64,000 bases of DNA from Magallana gigas (Eukaryota), in contig NC_088854.1 in the NCBI RefSeq assembly GCF_963853765.1, forward strand, positions 33,108,001 through 33,172,000, in the 5' to 3' direction. The position numbers were made by a program, and so were the translations under genes. Every line of letters begins with the position of its first letter. Within the stretch, counting starts at the first letter, position 1. The notes under the pieces were generated by a model. The model saw only the letters and a list, made by a program, of their open reading frames with translations, had not been told where the DNA came from and did not search any database. This document shows, one piece after another, positions 25,045 to 37,107 of this stretch.

Positions 25045-26959
25045 TGGAAACCAAATGCCCTGTGGTTTTCCAAAGAAATATGGAGGATGGTTGCGAGTTA
25101 AAGCACCCAATGGTTTGTGATATGTACTGTTCGTTCAGACCGTAGATGCCAGCAACACTCGACAAGAAATTCCAAGGGGGGGGGGGGGTGTTTAACGGGA
25201 GAGAGTGACTTTTGCTTTGTTTACTCTTTTATATATATATACCAGTTTAGAAACTTTGTCCCGCCATACCAAAGTCGACCATTTTATTTTTCAAGGAAGC
25301 GACTTCCTGTCTTCTATGAAAAAAATATTTGACTTTGTAAAACATATGGCTGACAACTAATGCATCTTGACTAAAATAGAGATATTTTTCTTCCAGTTTA
25401 GGCTATGAAAATGATCATTTAGAAAGTCTGTATTGCATTTCTATTTTCCTATAAAGATGAATAAAAAATGATCATTGTTTGTGTTTATCTCCTCAGTGAA
25501 ATCGAAATTATGTGGAAGCTAAAATTCGATAATATATTTTATTAATTCTAATGCATCTTAAATTCTACATATTCTCTGCTAATATTTCGATTGCGTGCAT
25601 GCTACGTTAAGCTTTTGCAGCAGTGTCTAAGACATTAAAATACTACACAGTTTTGAAATATTTGGAAATTGTGTTTTTAGATGTTTTTAAATGTGTTTCT
25701 TCGTTGTTTATTTTGATGGGTTCGATTTTTGTTGTTATGCGTAACACGGTTGATGGACTTACACACAACATACATAAAGAGACAAACGGTGACAGAGAGA
25801 CGATTTACAACTTTCATATATTGCATTATGTAAAAAAAAATACTTCGAATAAATGATAGTGTTACGAAGTTTTTTGGGGCTGAATTTTGTGGAGGTAAGA
25901 TGATAAAATTGTAAAATGATAACGATAAAATTTTTCGCATTCACCAAGAAAGAGAATATATAGCACTTTGAATTGCAATCCAACAAATACGGTCCAAGAA
26001 CCTAGTATAAAGTAACTTTAAACACATTTAATTGTCATTATCAATAAACAGACACTAATAACTGTTTTAAACACAAGTTAACATTTACTTCCATAATTTT
26101 TGTATGTATAATCTGAATCAAATCAAAGTTCGACTCTGTTACGTAATTCCACAAAAAAAAGCAAAATGAAATGTTAAAACGAATTTGATGTATTTCCTAT
26201 ATAATAAAGATAATTTTATTAAATTGAAATTGAAAGTTGGCTTAGATTTATAGCAGTTTCCAGTCTCGGACTCGAAAGTCCCTCATTGAACAACCATCAT
26301 AATATACTACGTATTGCCTTCCAGAACAAAAGCATCCATCAGATGAAGCCCCCAAACGTTCCAGCTGCATTGTAATCTAGCTCAGACTTCAAATTTGACT
26401 TGGCATCAATACTTGATCTGATCAGATTTGGCATTAGCAAAAATGCTTGACCTCTGTCGGGGGTTTTTAATAAATGTTTTAAATAAAACATTTTTAATCA
26501 CCGTCAGCAAATTGTCCAAAACTCAAACTTTCCACATCCATGTCGTCAAAAATAAAACGTTAACGTTATTTTCAAGTGTTCAAGATTTCAGAGCATGTAT
26601 CAAAAAGATGCTGATAATAAATCTTACATTTAGAATTCCATAGTAATAATAAGAGCCGTGTTGAGTCTTAATGTGGCTGAAATGAGTAGGACACATTTTT
26701 ATCATCAATTACAAGCATGTTTCCTACTTCCAACTGTTACCATCATTGGGTCCACTCCATACAAGGTTTTTGGCGGCATAAACAATTACAGGATCTTCAC
26801 TCGAGTTCAAAACATTTATATTAGGTGTGTTTAAGACCACATTCTCCGCGTCCTAATGTGTCCTTAGTGTCCTAATTATTCCTATGACTAAAAATTCTTA
26901 ACCTTGAATGTTATTCTGACTGTTTCCCATGAAATATTAATATCTTATAAAAGGAAGAT

Positions 26960-29560
26960 AAAGTCAAACAATATACAAAGGATATGCAAGGCGATTCAGA
27001 GAAAGACGGGGATTTAAGAGTAGGAGAAACGGAATTAAGAAGACAAAACCAGACCATCAGCAAGGCTACAGCAACGTCATTATCATGACCAAATGAAGTT
27101 CCATATAACGTTTACAAAGCTTGTCCGAGTTTAACACTTATTTTATGGAAACATCAGAATGAGGTTAGCCGTTAGTTGACATCAAGCTGAGATATTATTC
27201 ATAGCAAAGGAGGACAATTCAAAACTTGTACTTCTGTACATGTACTTCTGTATCATCTCACTGATGAACATTGCAGGAAAATTTTTCTTGGCTATTTTAG
27301 AAAATAAGGTGATAACATCAAGACAACACAACAGATACATAAACAAGGCTTTGCAGAGAGAAAATTGCCAGGGTCACAGAGTGTGTAGAGCATAAAAACT
27401 TTCTAAAAGGAATCATACTGGAGGCTATAGAGATAAACGGAAAACTTGCAGTCATATGGCTATATCGAGTAAATACTATTGGTTCAAAACCTCATAAGCT
27501 AGTTCATCTTACAGTACAGCGATACCATATACCAGACAGGATACGGGTACTGTTCATGAGTTACTTTGACAGGGAATCTCAAAACTCAACATCGTAGCGT
27601 ATAGAGGTAAGGATTTTCATAGGCAGTACAGTGTCAGTAGTTCTGTTTTCAGCAGCCAATGGATTTAATAAAAAGAAGAGTGGAGAAGATGGACAGCGGT
27701 CCATGGATGAAGGTTGGCGTGAGACAATCCACCCACCCCTCAGCGCATTTATGGAGTGTATGGCAATTAGCATAAAGACTATCATATGGGCAAAATGAAC
27801 GTTGAAAGGGATAGGCGACATCGGCGGACTCGTATAAAAATCTAAGGCTTGTATTGAAGAAGACAGGAGAGCAGAGTGATAGGAGAGAGAGGTTTAGAGG
27901 AATAAAAGAAATTAACCCCTCGGTCCCTGAAAAGCTAGTCAAGTGCCTTGTATATTAGTTGATGATTCAATGGTAGACAAGCAGAATGTTAGTGATACCA
28001 GCAGTCTGAAAAAAAAATGGATGAACACCATAGACAATAGCACAGCATGGCGTTCTTCCCCGGGTTCTTCGACATCTACTTATGTTTGGCGTGTCGCTGA
28101 CTATAAATCAAAAAAGAATTAGAAATGGCTGGCGGTGCCCAGAGGTTACGCAGCGTTGGTTTGTACTGCATGGGAGTAAAGATGAAAATACCATTGATGT
28201 CAATCGTCGAAATATTCAAGTTCACCATGGTCAGGTGACCTTCTGATGTTGCGTGACAGTAATGATGCCAAGACACGAGAAGCAATGGTGAATATCAACC
28301 GGGCAAGAACTGGCTAGCAAGTGTGGTAATAGGCAGGCAAGGAATAGAAATAATACCATCGGCAAGATGGGACACATCAACAGTAGTGGAGAACGGACAA
28401 CTTATCTAGAAAGAGGTTCGCAAGATTAAAGAACAAACAGGAATGGTGAAGGCAGTCGGCATAATGAAGCAAGGTAGCTGACTCAACTAAGAAGGAGCCC
28501 AGAGAAGAAGACATCTGGATAACAGAGCTCCAAAGACTGCAACTTGAGTATAAGGCCGTTAATGACGTATTGCCCATATAATCTAATTTGGCAACATGCA
28601 GAACAAGGGACGATCAAAACTTCAATTTTTATGGAAACAGGAATGGTGAAGGCAGTCGGCATAATGAAGCAAGGTAGCTGACTCAACTAAGAAGGAGCCC
28701 AGAGAAGAAGACATCTGGATAACAGAGCTCCAAAGACTGCAACTTGAGTATAAGGCCGTTAATGACGTATTACCCATATAATCTAATTTGGCAACATGCA
28801 GAACGAGGGACGATCAAAACTGCAATTTTTATGGCAGTTCAGCCAACCTAAAACACATTCTTTTAGCTTTAACATATGGACGAAACACATATAGGTCCCA
28901 CGACATATTCAATTTGTTATGCAGACGTTCTAGTCACTTCTAGAAAACACAAGAAAGAGACTTCGAAAGATCACAGGAGGATTGAAATTTGTCAACTTCT
29001 TAAAGGTTTCTACGCAGAATCGTGGTTTGGGGAGTGGAAAGAGGAGAACTGTTTAGTACCGCCAGCGACTAGCTGATCTCAATAGTTGTAAGCAATGGCT
29101 GGCTAATTATTCTGCTAGAACTCACGGTACCGTGGGAGGATAGAACTGAACAATCCAATAAGCGGAAGATGAACAAGAAAAAATAACTGGTTGTAGACAG
29201 TCAGCTGCGGGACAGATGCGTATTGTATATCCCAGTGAAAGTTGGGTGTCAGTGTTTTGTACGGCAATTTATGAGGAGGTCCTTGCAGATTGTTGGCGTA
29301 ACAGGTACTGTGAGACGGTGGCTCATTAGAAGTCTAGGCAGAAAGGCGGAAATGGCATCCGTGTGGGTATGGTGTTGGTATGGAAGAAGCAAGGAGAGCA
29401 TTGAAAAAATCAACACGACGACTTTGAGTGTAAAAGAATGAACACTCAGCGTGTTGCAGTTAAGACAGAAGTTTTTCATGGCTGGGACTTGATCACCCCA
29501 GACGATGCACCTCTTGGGTTTTATTAACGCCAAAACAACTGTAAGAAGATTCGCTTATTA
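26960..29560 (+). mobile_element. Decayed HERO-like (R2/NeSL group, restriction-like endonuclease) non-LTR retrotransposon
   Basis: Frameshifted and stop-riddled motifs occur in the expected order: PNEVPYNVYKACP, KLAVIWL..IGSKPHKLV, GSTVSVVLFSAA, SAFMECM (RT FMDD box, 27748-27759), GRQG, DVLP..SNL, LLELTVPWED and PVKVGCQCF (RLE C-terminus). Confidence 0.8.
28435..28834. repeat. 200-bp direct tandem duplication inside the HERO-like element
   Basis: 28435-28634 vs 28635-28834; 3 substitutions seen. Confidence 0.95.
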
Positions 29561-29707
29561 ACGAATCTTTTAGAGTCAAAATGTATTGAAGCTAGTATAT
29601 TTACAGTTAGCTAACAACATCCCAGGAATCTGGTGCTGTTACATGTATATCAAACAATAAATTGATATTATAATACCTATATATAAACACAGTCGCAAGA
29701 ATTTAAA

Positions 29708-29913
29708 TACTGTGGTTTCATTAATATTCCAGGGTATCAATTTTCGTGGATAAAGTGAAAATAACACATTCAAAGATACATGTACTTGGATTCGTTGCTG
29801 ATGACCATAACAATACAAATTGTAAGTAGAAATTGAACTTCGATGAACATTTAATTTGTTGGATCAAAATCCACGAAAACTGGTATTCAATGAATATTGG
29901 TGAAACCACAGTA
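29708..29913. mobile_element. TA-flanked MITE (Tc1/mariner-like ends)
   Basis: Perfect 13-bp TIR tactgtggtttca / tgaaaccacagta. Confidence 0.8.
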
Positions 29914-29944
29914 CGTGTAATATTTGGGGACTGTCATGAAAACT

Positions 29945-30250
29945 TGTGAAAACTTGCCCTTAATCTGGTGTCTAGAATAGATTCGTCTTGATGATGCTGT
30001 CTGAGTCCTTTCTAAGTACATGGCCAAGCCATTTTCAACGTCTCCCAATGATATTTGGGGTTATGTCCTTTTGCTGGCACCTGTTAAGGAAATCTTAAAC
30101 GTGTTGAGCAGATTGAGTGTTGGCGATAACTTGCCAAAGTATGTAATCGGAGAGGAATATTGGCGAGCACTTGCTCTGCTCAACACGCTATCGGAGAAGC
30201 GTCCTGGCTGTCTTTTACGCCAAAGGAGTCACGAGAACTACAGGTATAAG
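29945..30250 (-). mobile_element. RTE-clade LINE ORF2 C-terminal fragment (decayed)
   Basis: Minus-strand translation IIGRR*KWLGHVLRKDSDSIIKT resembles the RTE RRWxWIGHxLRK motif. Confidence 0.65.
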
Positions 30251-31054
30251 TAAGTGGGGAAATAAGTACGCACCCAATAGTAATTCACCATTCATCGAAA
30301 AAATGACAAGTCAATATGAACATGTTTAGTTTATACTATTCTTCATTACCAACGTACTATCAATATGCAGCTTTTATTTTAAAAAAATATTAATAAACTA
30401 AGTGCATTTAACATGAAACATGATTGGCAAGTCTTTCGTTAAAATCGATCATATTATCCATATTTTAAAAAACGAAGCACTCTATATGAAAAGTATCTGA
30501 AAGAGGGGTTTTGTGTACAATGAATAAAACAGGCAGAGGATAAAAAAAGGATAACGAGTAACGTTGAAAATGTACAGATTTATCTTAGCATTTCCTTGTT
30601 TGATCATTCATCATTTCACGATTAACATTAAGTTTTAGAGCAAGACGTTAAAAACATGCGCAAATCCTGATAGAGATTTGAACGAAATTATTACAAATAA
30701 CATGTATTTTTCTCTTTTTTTCATATTACCGAAGATTGCAACAAAGAAATGTAGACAGAGGAATAACAAACTCTCGTGGAATGAACTAAACAATTATTAA
30801 TCAAAGTTTAGATGCAAAGTTCGCCAGACCTATGATTTAATTAACTCAACAACGTATTTAACTACAAAATGAAAACAGGAAGGGTTTGGGAATGATACGG
30901 AAGAATACATTCATATGTGAATGATTGTGCAAACTATATTCACAAGCTATATATTTATAGAATGAAAATTTTCATCCCAAAACGTTAATGCTGTGATGAA
31001 GGACAGTTTGTGTCGGATTTTAATGTCAAATTTAACTTCATTTTGTTTTTAAAT

Positions 31055-32638
31055 ATGAGTGAACAATCGGACAGCATTTGTCCAATTTGTACTCACGAAT
31101 TTTCTACCCCGGAGAAAGTGCCCAAACTCCTGCCTTGTTACCACACGTTTTGTAGTCCCTGCCTCGACAACATGATCGCCTCTACTCCACTTAACTCTGA
31201 TTCCACCTTCAGGTGTCCAATCTGCAGACAGGGAGCCAGCATTCCCAAAAACGGAGTCCAAGGATTTTTCGACAATTACTTTAGATGCGCTCCACAGAAG
31301 GAGAAAACGTGCGATATATGCGGTGCGGGAGATAATTACCAGCTAGATTATTGTAAGGAGTGCAATAGCTTACTCTGTGACTCCTGTCATAAGAAGTATC
31401 ATCCAAAAAAGTCGAAAGACGATAAATCTGATGAAGATGACGATGAAATTGATGACAAAAGTCCAAGCGATTCCAGTTTCTCTAAAGATAATTCTGTCAA
31501 AACAGCCAAACTCGGAAATCATGGCAATCAAATGACATTCAAATGGAATAATTTAGAGAGTATTCGGAAGATTATACCTGATGATAAAAATGAATGTTGG
31601 GCTCTGACAAACCAGCCTTATGTTACCCGATTTTCACGTAGTGGGAAAGAGACGTCCCGAAAATGTATCGATAACATCGATAACGTTCTTCAGGACATAG
31701 CTCGCATGAGCGATGGTACCCTTGTGCTGGCCTTTTCCAATGGAGAAATACTCTTATATAACGGACAGGCTCTCAGATATGTTACAAATACCGGTAATGT
31801 TCCGACCGCATTGTATGCGTTCCAAGATGGTCGTCTGCTGATTGCAACTCGACCGCATTCCGGGAGCACTCGCCTAAACAACAGCGAGTTACTTATTACT
31901 GACCAGACCATGAAAAAAATCCAACCTCTTGATGTAAATGTTGATCTTCAGGAAGTGTCCTCTATCACAGTCAACGAAAAAAACGGACAAATAGCTCTTT
32001 GTGAACCATCGAAAAAGGTGGTATTAATCTTGGATACTGTAAGCTGTAAGAAATTGAAATTTCCGAGCGTCAAAAAATACAGGGGCATCAGTAATTTGTT
32101 AAAGGAAAAGGAAAAGTTCCTCAATACTTTACTTTCAATTTTGTATTCACTTCAGTATCCACTTTTTCAACCGCGGTCGGTCGAGAGTGACCAAAACAAT
32201 GGTTTTTGTGTTTTAGATGGAAATAACAGCATCCACGGTGTTGATGAAGAAGCTAACCTTCGGTTCATCGTACCGATAAGAACCGATGAAAATATCAGCT
32301 GCTTCCATGTGGATTCAAATGAAAATAATATTTGGTTTGGCTCGGAGTCGGGGCAAATTTTCAGAACGGTTTTCAGAACGAACCGTCAAACGTTTGTGAA
32401 TGAGATACAACATTATTCTGATTTTGAGAATCCTGATGATTCAGACGACTCCGAAACTCGGGAATCGGTCTCGGTGCCAGGTGGATCGGGATTACAAAGA
32501 GTAAGGAGCTCGGATTCGGCGGAGCTGTCAGAAAATGATGATCCCATCGGATTCCCATCATATTATTTATTGTTGGACGATTCTTCTCAAATTCAAAGCA
32601 GAAATGATACTGCTGATCAAGATTCGATATTTCATTGA
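31055..32638 (+). CDS. Single-exon RING + B-box + beta-propeller protein, TRIM/NHL-like (paralogue 2), 527 aa from the ATG at 31055
   Basis: The ORF track starts at a GTG (31010); the first ATG at 31055 aligns with the start of paralogue 1. RING region is 55/68 residues identical to paralogue 1 (hand count). Acidic linker DDKSDEDDDEIDD; divergent C-terminal tail. Confidence 0.88.
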   Translation: MSEQSDSICPICTHEFSTPEKVPKLLPCYHTFCSPCLDNMIASTPLNSDSTFRCPICRQGASIPKNGVQGFFDNYFRCAPQKEKTCDICGAGDNYQLDYCKECNSLLCDSCHKKYHPKKSKDDKSDEDDDEIDDKSPSDSSFSKDNSVKTAKLGNHGNQMTFKWNNLESIRKIIPDDKNECWALTNQPYVTRFSRSGKETSRKCIDNIDNVLQDIARMSDGTLVLAFSNGEILLYNGQALRYVTNTGNVPTALYAFQDGRLLIATRPHSGSTRLNNSELLITDQTMKKIQPLDVNVDLQEVSSITVNEKNGQIALCEPSKKVVLILDTVSCKKLKFPSVKKYRGISNLLKEKEKFLNTLLSILYSLQYPLFQPRSVESDQNNGFCVLDGNNSIHGVDEEANLRFIVPIRTDENISCFHVDSNENNIWFGSESGQIFRTVFRTNRQTFVNEIQHYSDFENPDDSDDSETRESVSVPGGSGLQRVRSSDSAELSENDDPIGFPSYYLLLDDSSQIQSRNDTADQDSIFH

Positions 32639-33116
32639 AATAAATTTCGTCTTATTTGACGAGGGTGGGGGGGGGGGGGGGGTGTTGTGTTATTGCATAT
32701 AATTAATTTCAATTTTGTTATTTTAATATGTATTTTAAGGATGATGTAAAATATTGTATAAATATAACATTTAACAATAATTTGTAAATGATATTAATTA
32801 ATTGTGTTTATATTCACTCAGATTAATCATTTAGATAACTCAGTATGCTTGTACATTTATTTATTCACGGTCACGACCGATAGGACACCTAACACATTTA
32901 TAGTATGACAGTCTTTTGTTAACAAAAATAATATAACCCCGTCTTAAGCCTCAATTGCTAAATAAATATTTGATAAGCACTGTTTTTTTTATTTTATTTA
33001 AATGTCATGTCATAAAAAGAAGGAAGGAAACAATGTTTTGTGAATAGTCATGACATAACCAGAGGGAAACGTATCATAAAAACCTCAAAGAAAGACGCAC
33101 GCGCGCGCGTGCACAC

Positions 33117-33118
<2 letters not shown>

Positions 33119-33167
<49 letters not shown>
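33119..33167. repeat. (AC)n microsatellite
   Basis: Uninterrupted AC run. Confidence 0.95.
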
Positions 33168-33168
<1 letters not shown>

Positions 33169-33713
33169 TGTATCTTAGATCTCTATGTTACAATCGATCA
33201 AGAAATACTCCACGTAAGAGTAAGTGTTCCAATGCGTATATTCACACACGTTGTTTTTAAACTGGTTAGAACTTGATCTTTTATATTTTGTCAGGTGTTT
33301 TTTTTTTTTATAAAACTCAGATTTTTTTCATTTTTACCAAATTCAAAATTCAACATACTTAATTTTCACAAAACATTTTTTATTATTTAAAGCCTATAGC
33401 GAGAATTGTTCCTCGTACCATAAGGTCGTTGCACCTAGCTGTAGTAAAACGACGGTTTGCTACTGATATTTCAGGCATTTTGATATCGTGTGCCTATAAT
33501 CTTTTTTTAAAATATGTATATTAAATGTTTAATGGGTGTAAATCTATGAAAGCATGAAAAAATCCACATGAAAAAAAGCATGAAAAAAAATGACAAACCC
33601 ACCCTCTGACTTGAAGATAAACAATTGTATAAATTTGCTTGTAAAATGTTGTAATCAAAAACTCGTTCTTCGGGTAGACAGAAACTGAAAAATCTGGGTT
33701 GCCTCTGTCTACT

Positions 33714-33933
33714 TACCGTGAACTAATTTTTATTCGCGGCTACTTTATTTCGCGATTAACTGCCGATAAACTGGTTCGCGACGACTAATGTTCGTGACTA
33801 GGCCTTATCCAGACCTGTATTGTAATAAAAAATATAGACAAAGGATTGGTTCGCGGCGAAATATTCGCGACGACAAGGCTCTCGCTAACCTCGCAAAAAT
33901 TTCTCGCACGCGAATAAAAGTTGGTTTACAGTA
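33714..33933. mobile_element. TA-flanked CpG-rich MITE
   Basis: Ends taccgtgaac / gtttacagta; internal repeated ttcgcg motifs. Confidence 0.7.
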
Positions 33934-33944
33934 TTCTGCATCAT

Positions 33945-34208
33945 ATACATACGGGGCTTATCCCCGGTTTCCGTGGTGCTAAGCGGATGAGAGTCATTGA
34001 CTCCCCCTGGATGGGACACCAGTCCATAGAGGTTAACCCTCAGCGTCAGCCGGTACCCAATTTCAGCTGGGTGGACTGAGACAGTGTAGATAAAGTGCCT
34101 TGTCTTAGTGCACAACGCACAACACATCAAGTGACCACAGCGGGGTTTGAACCAGCGACTTTTCGGTTACTGGCCTAACGCCTATTACCACTGAGCCGTG
34201 TGCTCTAC
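33945..34208 (-). mobile_element. tRNA-derived SINE (~265 bp)
   Basis: On the minus strand: A box ggctcagtgg (34188-34197), B box ggttcaaaccc (~34143-34153), then a CORE-like segment (aaggcactttatctacactgtctcagtccacccagctgaaattgggtaccgg) and a V-like segment (atggactggtgtcccatccaggg). Domain names are assigned from resemblance only. Confidence 0.75.
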
Positions 34209-35877
34209 ATTTCTACTCATATACATGTATTTATATTTTACAATACAGATAAACTATATTCGGTAAAATAGTTAAGGGAAAATTACATATTTAAAGAGCT
34301 TAGTTAAAAACTATATTTTGTGGAGGACGCTTTTATAAAAGAAAATAAACATTTTATTTATCTTTATTTATTTTTTCAGTACTGTAACTTTAGGTTCCTA
34401 ATTTTCAGTGCAGACTTTTATTTTATTCAATGATTTTTTCTTCTTTAATTTATTGTTTTCAATTTAAACAATACAAATTGGGTTCATTGAATAAACGACC
34501 TTTAACGCAATCTGTTGTTCTATTTCATTGCAAATGAACTTAACCTCATTGGAAGATTTTGGATCCAATTACTTGAATTGGGTAAATTACTTGTAGCAAC
34601 AAAGCTCAAAGTTGGGCAAAATTAATAAATATGTTTCTCTTGGAAATGCTTATGTATTATATTTATTGAAAAATTTGGTTGACAAAAAAGATATTTTGTG
34701 CATTAAGATATCTTCATTATGCCCCCCCCCCCCCCAAAAAAAAAATTCCCATATTTGTACGAATTTTTAATATTTCTATTTACATACTTCTGCATATTTA
34801 GCCAATATTTCTTAAAATTCAAGAAAAAAGCAATGTAATTTTTGCCTAAAATTAGCTTGTTTTCTGCCATATATAAAATTTAACATCATTGACCCATACA
34901 ATTTTATTTTATTTTCTAAAGTGTTAAGATTTTTCTGCCATGCAAGTCTGTTATAATTTGAGTAAAAGTTTAAGACTAATAATTTTATTGCATGTTGAAT
35001 CTTTAATGTCTTAAAACAGCGTTTTATAACTGCAAAAAAGTCATGATATAAAGAAGGTGATAAACTTTTTTAAAAAGTTATTTTAATTTTATTTATTTCT
35101 AAATAGAATAGGTGTGTATTTGAAGCCATGATTCATTTCGATAAAAATTAATAGAGAAAAAGTTGTTTATCTGTAAGTTGCACTTTCAGTGCAAAAAGAT
35201 TATTTTGAATCAACTGCATTGCCGAAAAATCATACATGTAGACCCAAAAATTTTGTTTTCAATTTTTTATAAAGATGTGCATGTAGATTAATAAAAACAA
35301 ATACTTTAGTTAAAACCTTGAGACGTTTGATCGCAGGACCAACCTCCTAAATACCTGTAAAACATTATCAAAAATTGGTTGCTTTTGCTTAGTTATTTGG
35401 GAAACCTGTCGATATGAACGTGGATTAGAGTTGTAATGTAATAAAAAAAAAACTGGCACCGATTAAGAATTCCAATTTTTACAATATTTGACCAATAAAC
35501 ATGTTTTAAATTATTTTTTTTTTTGGTCAAGGGACATAGATTCATTATAACCCTGTGCCCATGATTAATTCCATGATTAGAGACCTGTTTGTATGTATAA
35601 AGTATCAATTTTATTTTAACTCCATCCCCTTTTGTTCACATTGGTGAAGATGCTTTGACCTAATTAAAACAGACTATGGCAATCCGCTATTTCTGTCCTG
35701 GTACGTACCGGTAGTGGAACAGTTCCTGGAAGGTTGTTGTATAAGTTACATTGTAATTATGGATTAATTAAATTATAGCACCAGTTCATTGCAACACAAA
35801 CATTAAAAGAAATGTATATGCATAGCCAATAACAATGAATTCAATACTAGGGGTGGGGAATTTCAACATTAATTAAG

Positions 35878-35969
35878 ATTTATTATTTCTTAAAAGCGTG
35901 GATTTTATCAACAAGACGACTTAAAAGTCGTCTTGTTGATAAAATCCACGCTTTTAAGAAATAATAAAT
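35878..35969. repeat. Perfect 92-bp palindrome (45-bp arms, 2-nt loop)
   Basis: atttattatttc...gacgactt aa aagtcgtc...gaaataataaat. Confidence 0.95.
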
Positions 35970-36680
35970 TTACAATTAATACGGTAATTAATTTTTTCTA
36001 TAAATAGCCATGACGAAATGTGTACCAGGTCACTTAAATGGCACAGTTGTTAGTACCCTGATCCCTTTTGAAGCATATGGAATCTGTGCAATAAAGAATA
36101 AAAGTTTTGTTGTTGTTGAAATTATACAATTGGAAGACTCCTTATAAGAAGACCCAGTTTATGGTCAAGTAGTCAACGTACCAGCAAACATAAATTAACA
36201 TAATATATCAGAATACTTGTGTAGTATTACATATTTAAGCAAAGAAGTTTTTTTTTAATTCTTGAAATTTTTCTATTATTAAGAACTTATTGGAATCCAA
36301 TTATTTGTTTAATGGTTGGTACAAATTTAAATACATGTATTTCCTTCCTCATGAAATAAAGAAAATAAAAATAAATCTGCATTATAAGAGAGATAAATGT
36401 TACATTTTCCCCATAATATATTGCATTGAATATTGCATATCTGTGCTATGGTTCTTGACACTTTTTTAAAAGAATTGTCTCATCTTTCAAAAATATGGGT
36501 ACTTTGGTTAAAATATTGGTTAAAAAACCAAAACTCGGGGCAACTTTTTGTGAGCAGTACATATACACTTTTTTGTATGGATGGAACTGTAGCTTTACAG
36601 TTTGAAAACCTTAATTTCTGGTAGAGCTTCAGTTCTGCGGCTATTCATAAAGCTTATGTTTTATGGCTATTGTAGATCAT

Positions 36681-36710
36681 GTGAGCCATGTAGCCCATAG
36701 GACTCCTGTT
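36681..36710 (+). mobile_element. Possible degenerate terminus of a non-autonomous Helitron/Helentron
   Basis: gtgagccatgtagcccataggactcctgtt resembles the gtgagcgatgtggcccatgggcctcttgtt end motif I associate with oyster Helentron-type elements; recalled similarity only. Confidence 0.35.
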
Positions 36711-37107
36711 TTATTTTTGGCAACGGTCAAAGAGAACAAATGCTCTGATGTTTTACAATTTTAATCATAAAATAAATTCTTTACATCTAGGTTCATGTTC
36801 ATAATGATAATGGGTTCATGTTGTATTTGTCATTACATGGTTGTGGTCAAAATGTATTTCTTGACATTTTTTTTTCCTAGTCATTTTTTAAAAAATTTAC
36901 GGTATTCATTTGACAAAATCAGGTTCGATATTGTTGAAAAGACAAGAATTATTCAAATCAAACCATTGATGAGATTGCATTTTCAGGTACATATTAATTG
37001 TACATGCACACGAACAAATAATATTATTGTACCTCATTATAATAATTCTATACAAATGTGCCATTTGATTGGTCTAGACAGTCACGTGACAGGGGTAACA
37101 AAACATT

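Noticed and set aside
28435-28834. Direct repeats as a possible CRISPR-like array or LTR pair
   Set aside because: Two adjacent copies with no spacer, inside a non-LTR element in a eukaryotic genome; a simple tandem duplication.
31010-31054. GTG-initiated 15-aa extension of TRIM-like paralogue 2
   Set aside because: AT-rich and not homologous to paralogue 1; the ATG at 31055 aligns with the paralogue start.
34120-34208. tRNA-like A/B boxes
   Set aside because: No clean cloverleaf and continuous with a SINE body, so it is called a SINE head rather than a tRNA gene.
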